34,058 nucleotides of DNA from an uncultured Veillonella sp. GTDB taxonomy: Bacteria; Bacillota; Negativicutes; Veillonellales; Veillonellaceae. The stretch lies in the NCBI GenBank assembly GCA_963533015.1, contig CAUSMY010000001.1, forward strand, positions 1 through 34,058, written 5' to 3'. The translations under genes and the position numbers were made by a program. Of the stretch, positions 18,443-28,124 are shown piece after piece (position 1 is the first letter of the stretch; every line of letters starts with the position of its first letter). A model generated the notes under the pieces. It saw only the letters and a list, made by a program, of their open reading frames with translations, did not search any database and had not been told where the DNA came from.

Positions 18443-19228
18443 TTACATAAATCGTTTTAGATGTACTCCAATACGTCCTTTTTTAGACGTACCTGTAATG
18501 CCTTCAATTTGCATACGCCCTCTACCACGAAGAGAAATGACATCCCCCTCTTTTACCTCTTGCGATGGTCCTTTTGCTGGTTGCCAGTTTACCTGCACTA
18601 GCCCTGCTTTAATCGCTTCCACTACTTTCGTACGGGACGTACTCAATCCTGAAGATGCGATAGAATCCAAGCGCATAGATGCGACGGTGGTACGCACTTC
18701 TTTTATTTTTTCTTCTTTCGGCTGTAATTCACTCAATTCCATAGGCGATACCGTGACGGATACCATGGCAATTTTTGTAAAATTTTGGATGACGAAGTCC
18801 GCAATCGTTGCATCTACAATCACTTGAGCGCCCCCACTGGTAACGATAATATCACCAAAATGAGTGCGATCAATCCCCAACCCCATCAAGGAACCTAACA
18901 CATCTCGATGCGTTAATAATCTAAATCGTGGGTCCCAAGACACTTTCAATACGGCTATTTGTAAATCTACCGTACCTTGAAAGTGTGGATCTACAAAGGC
19001 TACACGAAGACGTTCTGCCCCTTCGTAACCGCCACTGGAGATGGTTTCGATGCCACCGAAATTGGCTTTCACTGCATCGGCAATCACCAAACCCGCAGGA
19101 GACATAAAGTCTGTCACCCGGTACGGACGACCTGCTTGTACTTGTTCCGCTAAGTCGATCATGCGCCGCGCTTCTTCTCCATTTCCAGAAGCCTCAAAAT
19201 AACGAATTAACTTTTCTTTATCTTTCAC
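18443..19228 (-). CDS. ylmH: YlmH S4-domain RNA-binding protein
   Basis: TDFM.P, GGY..AER, THRDVLGSLM.LGI.R..GDI, SMRLD, GD.IS.RG.GR. GTG start; located upstream of divIVA. Confidence 0.9.
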   Translation of the reverse strand: MKDKEKLIRYFEASGNGEEARRMIDLAEQVQAGRPYRVTDFMSPAGLVIADAVKANFGGIETISSGGYEGAERLRVAFVDPHFQGTVDLQIAVLKVSWDPRFRLLTHRDVLGSLMGLGIDRTHFGDIIVTSGGAQVIVDATIADFVIQNFTKIAMVSVTVSPMELSELQPKEEKIKEVRTTVASMRLDSIASSGLSTSRTKVVEAIKAGLVQVNWQPAKGPSQEVKEGDVISLRGRGRMQIEGITGTSKKGRIGVHLKRFM

Positions 19229-20036
19229 GTTGTTTTCCTATTTCATTGGACCGTTCATAACACGCTAGAATGCCTTCCATCATGGCTGAACGAAGACCTT
19301 CTTTTTCCATCGCTGCAATTCCTACGATAGTTGTACCTCCTGGTGAGGTCACTTGATCGCGAAGTACACTAGGATGGCTGCCTGTTTCCAAAGCAATTAA
19401 ACCAGAACCATACATTGTCTGTACCGCTGCTTGCAAGGCCAATTGTCTAGTCAAGCCAATCCGTACACCTGCATTAGCCATCGCATCTAGGATGGTATAC
19501 ATATATCCCGGGCCGGCTCCCGCTAAGGCTCCAATGCGATCTAAATCCGCTTCAGAGCAAACAACAGCTTCCCCTAAAGCTTCAAAAATACGCAGGACTT
19601 GCTCCCTTTCACCTGGTGTCACAGTTTCACCACTAGCAATAGCAGTAAAACCAGCTTTCACCAAAATCGGAGTATTCGGCATCGCTCGTAACCAATGCGC
19701 TTCTGGCGCAAAGGATTGCAAGGTCTCTAACGGTATTCCTGCCGCAATGGAGATGCAGATAGTTCGTGGTTCAATATGTGGTCCTACCTCCTCCATAAGA
19801 GAGGGTAACACTTGAGGTTTTACACCAAATACAATCAATCGATACTCATCAAAGGCTGGTATAGCCTCACAATCTGTGAAAGCTGTTACCCCAAATTGGC
19901 GCTCTAATTCTGAGGCCTGTTCACTGCGACGCACTAATACGTCAACTTCATCAGGCCCCCAAACACCTTGCTCCAGAGCACCTTGTAAAATAGCGCCGCC
20001 CATAGAGCCTACACCAATCATCAGTATTTTTTGCAT
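19218..20036 (-). CDS. proC: Pyrroline-5-carboxylate reductase
   Basis: IGVGSMG, VKPQ, SIAAG, RAMPNTP, V.SPGGTT. Confidence 0.95.
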   Translation of the reverse strand: MQKILMIGVGSMGGAILQGALEQGVWGPDEVDVLVRRSEQASELERQFGVTAFTDCEAIPAFDEYRLIVFGVKPQVLPSLMEEVGPHIEPRTICISIAAGIPLETLQSFAPEAHWLRAMPNTPILVKAGFTAIASGETVTPGEREQVLRIFEALGEAVVCSEADLDRIGALAGAGPGYMYTILDAMANAGVRIGLTRQLALQAAVQTMYGSGLIALETGSHPSVLRDQVTSPGGTTIVGIAAMEKEGLRSAMMEGILACYERSNEIGKQRER

Positions 20037-20052
20037 GGCTACCTCCTAATAC

Positions 20053-20556
20053 TTAGGCTTGTGGTTCTTTCCAAGCTAATTTATCAGACAATTCTGTATA
20101 TTCATTATCTGTATAATCTACAGTTACATTCACTGGCACACAGATAAAAATATCTTTTCCAATTTTTTCTAATTTGCCATCTAATGCAAATGTTGCACCA
20201 CTTACGAAGTCAACGATACGAGCCGCTTCATGTGGATCTGTATTTTCAAAATTAATCACTACTGGACGCATATCGCGCAATTGATTTGTAATGTGTTCAG
20301 AATCTTCGAACGCTTTTGGTTCGACAATTACTACTTTCATACCACTAGAACGTTGTGCCACTGTGTTATATCCTCCTGTTTTTGGTCGTGCAGCTGGTGC
20401 CACAGGTGCAGGGTTTCCTGCCACTGGTGCGCTTACCACTGGTTGTTGTGGATCATCTTCATAGATTTCATCTGCATAATCTTCATATTCATACTCATCA
20501 TCTTGATTACCAGCGAAAAAGTTTTTCATAGAATTCCAACTGTCCTTCAGTGCCAT
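20053..20556 (-). CDS. sepF: Cell division protein SepF
   Basis: N-terminal amphipathic helix, acidic linker, EP..FED, VVINFE, RIVDFVSGA.FAL.G, IFIC.P.NV. Confidence 0.93.
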   Translation of the reverse strand: MALKDSWNSMKNFFAGNQDDEYEYEDYADEIYEDDPQQPVVSAPVAGNPAPVAPAARPKTGGYNTVAQRSSGMKVVIVEPKAFEDSEHITNQLRDMRPVVINFENTDPHEAARIVDFVSGATFALDGKLEKIGKDIFICVPVNVTVDYTDNEYTELSDKLAWKEPQA

Positions 20557-20570
20557 CGTTATTTCCTCCG

Positions 20571-21260
20571 TTACTCATCATAGTGGCGTTCTCCAAATAT
20601 TGCCGTTCCCACACGCACAATATTGGCACCCTCTTCAATTGCTACTTCAAAATCGTGGGTCATCCCCATCGATATATATTCAATCTGTCCCACATCAAAA
20701 TGGGATTTCATATCTTCAAATAAAGCGCGAGCGACTCTAAATATAGGTCGAGCTTCCTCTGGATCATCAAAGAAAGGCGCCATGCACATCAACCCTTTCA
20801 CCCGTACATTAGGCAAGGTTTTCGCATAGTCCCGAATAGCCGGGAATTCTTCTACATCCATGCCGGATTTGCTCTCTTCTCGAGCCACATTCACTTGCAG
20901 TAATATTTCTTGTACTAGTCCTTCTCTAGCCGCGACACGCTGGATTTCATCCAGTAATTTGACACTATGAACTGAATGAATTAAAGAAAACTTTCCAATT
21001 ACATTGCGCACCTTATTGTTCTGTAGTTGACCAATTAAATGCCATTGTAATTCGGGGCCCTCATAGAGCTCCATCTTCCCTCGCGCTTCTTGTACACGAT
21101 TCTCACCTACTGTGGTAACACCGAGGCGAGCCACTTCTTGTACAGCGTCGACAGGATGATTCTTTGTCACTGCTACTAGCATGACCGAGTCTGTTCTACC
21201 CACTCGTGCTTTTGCTTCTTCTATGCGCTGTTGCACATGATGTAATGCTGTTGCAATCAT
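20571..21260 (-). CDS. yggS: PLP homeostasis protein YggS/YlmE
   Basis: LVAVTK, GENRVQE, WHLIG.LQ.NK, LLQVN, SMGM..DF..AIEEG...VRVGT.IFG.R. Confidence 0.95.
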   Translation of the reverse strand: MIATALHHVQQRIEEAKARVGRTDSVMLVAVTKNHPVDAVQEVARLGVTTVGENRVQEARGKMELYEGPELQWHLIGQLQNNKVRNVIGKFSLIHSVHSVKLLDEIQRVAAREGLVQEILLQVNVAREESKSGMDVEEFPAIRDYAKTLPNVRVKGLMCMAPFFDDPEEARPIFRVARALFEDMKSHFDVGQIEYISMGMTHDFEVAIEEGANIVRVGTAIFGERHYDE

Positions 21261-21346
21261 ATATGTCAGTCCTTTTTTAGTCGTTTCTATTTACTGTGAA
21301 AGGTCTTAATAAAGAAAATAATACTTTATCTTTTTTATTATAAACG

Positions 21347-21414
21347 AAAGAATAAGAAAAGTACATAGAAAAAGCATGATTTCAAGGCTACTTCTGTGTA
21401 TTTTCTTATTCTTT
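21347..21414. terminator. Long inverted repeat between pgeF and yggS, probable terminator
   Basis: AAAGAATAAGAAAA(G)TACATAGAA ... TTCTGTGTATTTTCTTATTCTTT. Confidence 0.5.
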
Positions 21415-21522
21415 ATGATAAACCATATATGTAATGCCCGTTAACAGAGAATCTCATCCAAACTTTTCATAACTATCACTAAGGAATATCTATAGTGATA
21501 GACTCTGTCAATACAACTTTTA

Positions 21523-22425
21523 TTATAATCGTCGTTCTTCATCACGTAACACAGCGAACATTGCCATGCGACCTGTATGTCCTTGGTCACGACGATACGA
21601 ATAGCATCGTTCTTCTGTCATCGTATCTGTGCCAGATACAGAGATTTGATCCATCGGTATGCCTCGCTGTGCCATACAGGTTGCAATATATCCTTTTAAA
21701 TCTACATGTGGTGTGGACACCGTTTGCCCTTCCCGTTGGATATATTTGACTAGGTCTATCTCCTGTGAAAGTCCAAGCCCCTCTAGGTCTTGACGAAACT
21801 GTTGTGCAATTTCTTCACTCACCTCAAAGGAGTCTCCCCCAATCGAAGGACCTATGTACAAGTAACATGCATCAGCCCTCGTTCCATAGTCTTCATGCAT
21901 GCTATCCAAAGTGCGCTCCACAATATGAGCAATAGCACCTCGCCACCCTGCATGAATCACCGCCACAGCATGATGTGCTGCGTCATAGAGTAGCACTGGC
22001 ACACAATCTGCCACTAACAATAGCAAGGGTACATTCACTACATTCGTATGGATGGCATCACTATTGGGAATACTGTCATCCCAACTGAAAGCCCCTTTAC
22101 CAACCAGCTCCTTCGTAACCCGTGTGACACCCACACCATGCACTTGCTCACCACAAGTCAAATGATTGGGATCCACCTCTAGCACCTGAGCCAACCGTTT
22201 GCGGTTCTCTACCACCGCCTCCGCATCATCACCGACATGTAAGCCCATGTTGAAACTAGTAAAATCACCTTGGCTGATACCACCATAGCGGCAAGTGACA
22301 CCGTGGGTGAGAGGGAAATGGTCTAAGAGTGAGGAGTATTCGTAAACAACCTTAGCGTCCCCATCTTGTGAAAGAGATACCTCTTGAAGCGAGGATACTC
22401 TATGAAATTGAAGTTGATTTGACAT
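21523..22425 (-). CDS. pgeF: PgeF/YfiH/YlmD family (peptidoglycan editing factor, purine nucleoside phosphorylase-like)
   Basis: N.G.HVGDD...V.ENR, QVHG, ADCVPVLL, HAGWRG, IGPSI, SYRRD...TGRM. Confidence 0.93.
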   Translation of the reverse strand: MSNQLQFHRVSSLQEVSLSQDGDAKVVYEYSSLLDHFPLTHGVTCRYGGISQGDFTSFNMGLHVGDDAEAVVENRKRLAQVLEVDPNHLTCGEQVHGVGVTRVTKELVGKGAFSWDDSIPNSDAIHTNVVNVPLLLLVADCVPVLLYDAAHHAVAVIHAGWRGAIAHIVERTLDSMHEDYGTRADACYLYIGPSIGGDSFEVSEEIAQQFRQDLEGLGLSQEIDLVKYIQREGQTVSTPHVDLKGYIATCMAQRGIPMDQISVSGTDTMTEERCYSYRRDQGHTGRMAMFAVLRDEERRL

Positions 22426-22466
22426 GAAGTACCTCCTTGCTAAACATGTACTCTCGGATTTCTTAA

Positions 22467-23144
22467 TTATATAATTCTAATTTTTGTTACTCTCACACCA
22501 TCATTCTCAAAATATATACCACCAATATAATCCGTGGTCCATTTAAAAACTCCATAAAACCATGAACCATCATCAAAAATATGTGTTGGGCGGCCATATA
22601 CTTTATATACTTGTTCTAATGAGTCTCCTACGGCAATTCCACGATAAGTAACAGCATCTCTATTAACTACTACAATTTCACCTGCTGTTTCTATCTGCCC
22701 GTAAATACTACGATAGGTGATGCCACCATACCGCATAAAAGCTTTTTGCTCTCCATCCCTCCGAAGTTCATGATGGACTTCTTCTGTTGGTTCCCCTAAT
22801 ATCCTCCGGATTTCTTCATACGTCGAATTAACGTGTACACCTGCTATAGCATATTCTTTAGCATCCAATCTATATCCTACCATTTGCCCCACTCTATAAC
22901 TTCTAGGATAATCTGACTTTTGAGGTAAACGTATGGTGCTAGTAGAATTTTGGCTATCTTGTTCATCCTCTTCTACTTTATCCACAGAGCCCTCTTTAGA
23001 AGCTCGCTCTCTTTCTGCCATTGCATTCCAAGAGGCTTCAAACTTCTTTAATGTTTTAGATAACCAACTCGCATCCACATGAGCGAGAGCAAACACAGTG
23101 GCACTAAATAGTGCTAATACAATCGATGTCGTTAATTTCTTCAT
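22467..23144 (-). CDS. Exported hypothetical protein with a duplicated small alpha/beta motif
   Basis: Signal peptide MKKLTTSIVLALFSATVFA. Internal repeat IAGVHVNSTYEEIRRILGEP vs YRGIAVGDSLEQVYKVYGRP. Possible own extended -10 (TGATATACT) near 23204-23212. Confidence 0.7.
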   Translation of the reverse strand: MKKLTTSIVLALFSATVFALAHVDASWLSKTLKKFEASWNAMAERERASKEGSVDKVEEDEQDSQNSTSTIRLPQKSDYPRSYRVGQMVGYRLDAKEYAIAGVHVNSTYEEIRRILGEPTEEVHHELRRDGEQKAFMRYGGITYRSIYGQIETAGEIVVVNRDAVTYRGIAVGDSLEQVYKVYGRPTHIFDDGSWFYGVFKWTTDYIGGIYFENDGVRVTKIRII

Positions 23145-23237
23145 GTTCTCTCTACTTTCATCAAAGAATACATACTAATGCTCACAATATAGTACTTATT
23201 ACTAGTATATCATTTGTAGCTTTTAAAGTCCTGCTCA

Positions 23238-23621
23238 TTAAATCAACTTGCCCACACATTCCACGATAGGCAAATCAGCTTCTAACCAATCTACATCGTA
23301 TAGTGTTTCTTTTGTTAACCAACGAGCTGCACTATGTTCTTGTAAATGAAACTCTCCTTTCAGATCACATTGATAGGCATGCATAATCAAATGAAAGTTA
23401 GGATAATCATATTCTACGGTGGTCAAAAATTCTCCTACCACAATAGATGCATCTAACTCTTCTTGGATTTCACGAGACAATGCTGTTGTATGATCTTCTT
23501 CAGCTTCAATTTTTCCACCTGGAAATTCCCATCTTCCTTGTAAGTCTCCATAGCCTCGTTGTGTAGCCAAGACCTGTTTATCTTTCAGTATGACAGCCGC
23601 CACTACTTCTATCGTTTTCAT
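23238..23621 (-). CDS. Nudix (deoxy)nucleoside triphosphate pyrophosphohydrolase, MutT/NudG-like
   Basis: VVAAVI, WEFPGGKIE.EE....AL.REI.EEL Nudix box, W..AD.P. RBS AGGAG overlaps the upstream stop. Confidence 0.9.
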   Translation of the reverse strand: MKTIEVVAAVILKDKQVLATQRGYGDLQGRWEFPGGKIEAEEDHTTALSREIQEELDASIVVGEFLTTVEYDYPNFHLIMHAYQCDLKGEFHLQEHSAARWLTKETLYDVDWLEADLPIVECVGKLI

Positions 23622-23631
23622 CCATATCTCC

Positions 23632-26538
23632 TTAATGGTTCACAAAATAATCATATAAATCTTCTCGTATTGGTGTGTCTAACTCATAGGCAATACGAAC
23701 TGCTTTTTTCGTAGTTCCCGGCATCGTAAACACTTCTGTTTCTCCAGTAGCATGGATATGTCCTAAATAGTAAAACTCTTTCGCTCCATCTTCATCATTT
23801 TTATTTTTTCTAATAAATAAATGCATAGCAATGCCTTCTTCACGAGCATGTAACGCTTTTTGCACTAAATTATTAGTAAGGTCTACACCACTTTTAGAAA
23901 TGGCAATTAACTGATGAGGAGATACTAATTTATCTTCATACCGTATAGTCTCAGCAATATCTTCCCCTTTATCGTAATTGATAAATACAGGGTACGTCTT
24001 CGTTGCTTCATCGTACTTATAACCACCAATATTCAATGGTACTATACTAGTTTCCCATTCCATCAATTGACATACGTCTTCATACGTATATTTCTGATAC
24101 AACGTGAACGATGCTTCTTGATACCGATCCTTATAATACTTTTCATACCTCTGAAAGCCTACTTTTACATAGTCCTCTATCATATTTCGGAAACCTTCTT
24201 TTTGTAAAGCCTCACAAAATACATCAGAAATACGTAAGCTACTACCTTCTTCTCTACAAAGCACTGCTTCTTTAAAGCTAGCTTTAGATGTTCCAGTTTT
24301 GAATTGGCCAGTGAACAAATTAATAATATTTCTCTCTGTATGTACTGTACAAGGAATATCTAGCTTTTCTAATTGTGTTCGCATATACGCTAACGAATCT
24401 ACTTCACCTTGTAACAATCCTTCCAATACATAGAGCTCATGGACTCGTTTTCCAAGCACCATATATTGACCCATATACTCTAGTATCTTCGCTTCTACCG
24501 TTGAAAATCTATGCGTATACTCTGTTTCATAGTCCACCAAAAATTTATAATATGTCTTAGCACTACTATTAAAGATTAATGAAATATCGATACTTCCATA
24601 GTTTTCAAAGTCTACAAGACTTGGAATACGACCTAATTTATACTTTAATTGTTTATAAGCCTGACGAATATTTTTAATCTGAGTAAACTTAGCTGTGTCG
24701 ATGGATTTAAAAATTCGTTCTTGTGCTACCGCATCAAAATGGATCGTCGAAGCTCCCGGTATAACCCTAGTGCCCTCTTGCACATAATAGCGCAAACTAT
24801 CTTTATTATGACTCACATCACCAGAAAGAGCCACAGGAATCATAAAGTTATTATTAAAGTTTCCAATAAAATCAAGAACTACTACATACTCTTTACTATT
24901 GTGACGTCGTAATCCACGACCTAACTGTTGCACAAATACAATAGGACTCTCTGTGCCACGGACCATAACGACTTGATTTACTTCTGGAATATCTATGCCT
25001 TCATTAAAAATATCTACTGTCATAATATAATCTAAGGACTCATTCGTATGAGGCCCTGACAATCGTTGAATTGCCTTCTCTCTATTTTCTTGTGAGTCTG
25101 CACCACTTAGACTAACGGTACGCATCCCTAATTCATTAAATGCATCAGATAAGGCTCTAGCTTCTTCTATGCTATGACAGAACACTAACCCCTTTACTCG
25201 TTCTCCTGAATATCCATAAAAATTACATTGTTCTAAAATCAATCTGGCTCTCGTCTTATAATCCCATTCATTCGCAAAAATACTTTGTGCCTCATCACCT
25301 TCATAGGTTGTGATCCCATCTGATAATTGACTGATACCAAAATAATGGAATGGACATAATAAGTCAGATTCTAAAGCATGCTGTAAGCGTATTTCATGAA
25401 TAATATTATAATCAAATAGTTTATAAATATCGAAATCATCCGTCCGTTCTGGACTTGCTGTCATAGCAAACCAAAACTTAGGTGTAAAGTACTCCATAAT
25501 ACGATGGTAACTTTCAGATCCTGCTCGATGAGCCTCATCAATCACAATCACATCAAAATCAGCAGGGGAAAATCGTTCATAGCATTCAGGCTTCGCCATC
25601 ATTTGCATCGTAGCAAATAAGTAGGTTTCAGAAAATCCTTTTGCCGTACCCGACAATACACCATATGTCACATCATCGCCAATCACATGTCGATAAGATT
25701 CTAACGCTTGTCTTGCCACTTGTTCACGATGAACTAAAAACAAAACTCGTTTCGGCTTAACACTGCTCACAGCAAATGCAGAAGCATACGTCTTACCTGT
25801 ACCTGTAGCTGAAATTAGTAAGCCTTTATTCGCGCCGGACTGATAGAGCTGTTTGAACTGTTCAATCACATAGGACTGCATACTATTCGGTTGCAAAGAT
25901 TGTTGCACTTCATGATACACAGCTTTCCTTGTTTCCTCTATATGCAACACCTGCTTCTGATTCACTTCATTATATTGTTTATATAACTGTCTATACGTAT
26001 CTATATATTCTGCATAAGATTTTGTCTCACTAGCAGACCATAAACTTTCAAATTCTTCTAATACAGAGGTAACGAACGATTCTTGCTTATGCGAACTATA
26101 ATGAACATTCCATTCTTTATTTCGTGTCAATGCATGAAGTGTCATATTGGAACTTCCCATAATTATAGTGAACTCATCTTGCAAATGAAATCCGTATCCT
26201 TTTGTATGAAAGCCAATGTCTGATTCTTGCACATCAAAAATTCGCAGTTCAATATTTTTAAATTGGTTTAATTTGTCCAATATTTTAGGATCATTGAACA
26301 TTAAAAAGTTAGTGGTTAAAATTCGTCCAGGAATTTGTTTTGCTTCTAATTCTTTTAGTGTCATAAGTAAAGGACTTAATCCGCCAGCTGTAATAAAAGC
26401 AACACTAATAAAAAACGATTCACATCGCTTCAATTCGCTTTCTATGGCAGAAATAACTTTTCTTCCTTCTTCTGCATTATTTGATACAAACTCCGGCCCG
26501 CCTTGTTGCAAGGCCTTGGTAAAATTAATTTCGTGCAT
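23632..26538 (-). CDS. PLD nuclease - SF2 (DEAH) helicase - DUF3427 protein, SauUSI-like type IV restriction enzyme
   Basis: PLD: SVAFIT..G, FHTKGY (HxK), GSSNMT..AL..N.EWN. Helicase: ATGTGKT, DEAHR, MTASPER, DIFNEGIDIP, QQLGRGLR. C-terminal LYQKYT..DV, F.NY.K, YED, LFIRK, FYYLG are typical of DUF3427. RBS AGGAG. Confidence 0.85.
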   Translation of the reverse strand: MHEINFTKALQQGGPEFVSNNAEEGRKVISAIESELKRCESFFISVAFITAGGLSPLLMTLKELEAKQIPGRILTTNFLMFNDPKILDKLNQFKNIELRIFDVQESDIGFHTKGYGFHLQDEFTIIMGSSNMTLHALTRNKEWNVHYSSHKQESFVTSVLEEFESLWSASETKSYAEYIDTYRQLYKQYNEVNQKQVLHIEETRKAVYHEVQQSLQPNSMQSYVIEQFKQLYQSGANKGLLISATGTGKTYASAFAVSSVKPKRVLFLVHREQVARQALESYRHVIGDDVTYGVLSGTAKGFSETYLFATMQMMAKPECYERFSPADFDVIVIDEAHRAGSESYHRIMEYFTPKFWFAMTASPERTDDFDIYKLFDYNIIHEIRLQHALESDLLCPFHYFGISQLSDGITTYEGDEAQSIFANEWDYKTRARLILEQCNFYGYSGERVKGLVFCHSIEEARALSDAFNELGMRTVSLSGADSQENREKAIQRLSGPHTNESLDYIMTVDIFNEGIDIPEVNQVVMVRGTESPIVFVQQLGRGLRRHNSKEYVVVLDFIGNFNNNFMIPVALSGDVSHNKDSLRYYVQEGTRVIPGASTIHFDAVAQERIFKSIDTAKFTQIKNIRQAYKQLKYKLGRIPSLVDFENYGSIDISLIFNSSAKTYYKFLVDYETEYTHRFSTVEAKILEYMGQYMVLGKRVHELYVLEGLLQGEVDSLAYMRTQLEKLDIPCTVHTERNIINLFTGQFKTGTSKASFKEAVLCREEGSSLRISDVFCEALQKEGFRNMIEDYVKVGFQRYEKYYKDRYQEASFTLYQKYTYEDVCQLMEWETSIVPLNIGGYKYDEATKTYPVFINYDKGEDIAETIRYEDKLVSPHQLIAISKSGVDLTNNLVQKALHAREEGIAMHLFIRKNKNDEDGAKEFYYLGHIHATGETEVFTMPGTTKKAVRIAYELDTPIREDLYDYFVNH

Positions 26539-26682
26539 CTCTTTCTCCTATATATCTATATAAGATCACTGTACCAGCTCTTATGCATAAGATCAATAGG
26601 AAAAACTAATTCATACATCATTCCGCCCCAAATAAAGTATTTCCCCAACTAATCCCACGATATTCTCTTGCACCTTTCACAA

Positions 26683-26738
26683 CAAAAAACGATATACCCA
26701 ACACTAGCAGAGCTCTCTGCTAGTGTTACTGTATATCG
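26683..26738 (-). terminator. Intrinsic terminator after the Eis-like gene
   Basis: CGATATAC/GTATATCG outer stem and AACACTAGCAGAG/CTCTGCTAGTGTT inner arms, followed on the minus strand by 7 T. Confidence 0.8.
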
Positions 26739-26745
26739 CTTTCGA

Positions 26746-27927
26746 TTACCACCATTCATTAATATATGTATTTTGTCTTGGGTAGGCACGGTTTAGTACC
26801 TCTAAAATATCTTCCGGTCCCTCTAATTTTTCCTCAAAGGCTAATTCTGTAGCGCTCATGCGCCCCATCAATAATAGGCCCAATGATCCTACGGAGAACA
26901 CCAATTTCGCATTCACGTCTACATGATCTTTATGCTTCACGATGTGTGCTTTTCCCTCTTTATAGGACACGACATAGGTACCGTGATTCCACGGGCATAG
27001 TTCGTCACGCACCCCAAATTGGATAGCACCTTCTAAAGCTACTGGAACGGGGATACTCTCCATAGCTAATTTCACGTCCACGATACGACTCATCATAAAC
27101 GGCATCGTGCTATGTCCCACTTTTCCATCTGGCTGAAAGATATACCCTTGGTCAATCATGCCTTCGTTCCAACGTACACTTTCACCTTGAGAACGATGAT
27201 TATATAAGAAGTTCAATAACGACTTCTGTGCTCGACGTGTCGTATACACAAATTCTGACACACTGATTTCAGGCTCTCCCAATCGATAGAAGCAATACCC
27301 TTCTAATTGACCTGAATCATTTTTCACGTACCCTACTTGTACGCCTTCTGCGAATAGGGACTCCAATAAGCGAACCCATTCTTTTTCTTTGCGCAAAGAA
27401 TAACCCGACAATGGTTTTGTATACGTTTCGTACACGCCAGCCAATCGTTTCCACTCTAGCGGGGACCGCAACATGCCAAAGGATAACTCATGGCTCGTCA
27501 ACGGACGAAGGTCATCTAGTTTCATCGTTTGCACCCATTGGTGTGCATATAATTCCCAACCATATTGTTGGTAAAAGCCTGCTTTTGATGGCATCAAGAT
27601 GGTTAACCCTTGACCTCGTTTTTTTAATTCTTCTAAGGCGGCTTTCAATAGTTTTTTACCTACCCCATGACGGCGCATAATAGGATCTGTAGCGACCCCT
27701 ATCATATAACTCATAGGGAGGTTCACGCCACGAACACGAATTGTATTTTGTCGCAAATGAACGGTACTCACTAAATAGCTGTGATCGATACCGACCATCG
27801 TGTTTTCCGCTTCATAGGCTTTGTCAAAATAATAATTAAAAAATGGATGCCCTTCTGGCTCGAAGCAGTAGGCCCACAAACGTTTTACATCATTGAAATC
27901 CGTCTCTTTTGCTATTCTAAACTTCAA
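26746..27927 (-). CDS. Eis-like GNAT acetyltransferase (two GNAT folds plus SCP2-like C-terminal domain)
   Basis: GVAT.P..RRHG.G..L acetyl-CoA motif, LMP...GFYQQYGW, M.RIVDV, V.D..CPWN.G, C-terminal YINEWW. Probable TTG start at 27927 behind GAGGG; ORF-track ATG 27957 is an alternative. Confidence 0.85.
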   Translation of the reverse strand: MKFRIAKETDFNDVKRLWAYCFEPEGHPFFNYYFDKAYEAENTMVGIDHSYLVSTVHLRQNTIRVRGVNLPMSYMIGVATDPIMRRHGVGKKLLKAALEELKKRGQGLTILMPSKAGFYQQYGWELYAHQWVQTMKLDDLRPLTSHELSFGMLRSPLEWKRLAGVYETYTKPLSGYSLRKEKEWVRLLESLFAEGVQVGYVKNDSGQLEGYCFYRLGEPEISVSEFVYTTRRAQKSLLNFLYNHRSQGESVRWNEGMIDQGYIFQPDGKVGHSTMPFMMSRIVDVKLAMESIPVPVALEGAIQFGVRDELCPWNHGTYVVSYKEGKAHIVKHKDHVDVNAKLVFSVGSLGLLLMGRMSATELAFEEKLEGPEDILEVLNRAYPRQNTYINEWW

Positions 27928-27994
27928 AATTATCCCTCTTCCATAGATATGGTACACATACTAACAGTTCAATTCATCTATCTTATTATTATAT

Positions 27995-28026
27995 AAAAAA
28001 ATAAGGGTCTACTGCTAGACCCTTTA
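27995..28026 (-). terminator. Intrinsic terminator (second of a tandem pair)
   Basis: Minus strand AAGGGTCTA-GCAG-TAGACCCTT followed by ATTTTTTT. Confidence 0.7.
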
Positions 28027-28058
28027 TGCACTTCTTTTGTGAAAGTTTACAGACATAG

Positions 28059-28086
28059 AAAAAGAGCCAGCTTAACTGACTCTTTC
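28059..28086 (-). terminator. Intrinsic terminator (first of a tandem pair)
   Basis: Minus strand AAAGAGTCAG-TTAAG-CTGGCTCTTT followed by TT. Confidence 0.7.
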
Positions 28087-28124
28087 AAGTATGCATCCGC
28101 AAACGCATACCCTAATTAACTATC

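Noticed and set aside
416..23210. Recurring TAGTA/TACTA words in several intergenic regions (e.g. ~420, 7735, 10002, 17861, 23203)
   Set aside because: Short, irregularly spaced and expected in AT-rich non-coding DNA; no array or fixed palindrome.
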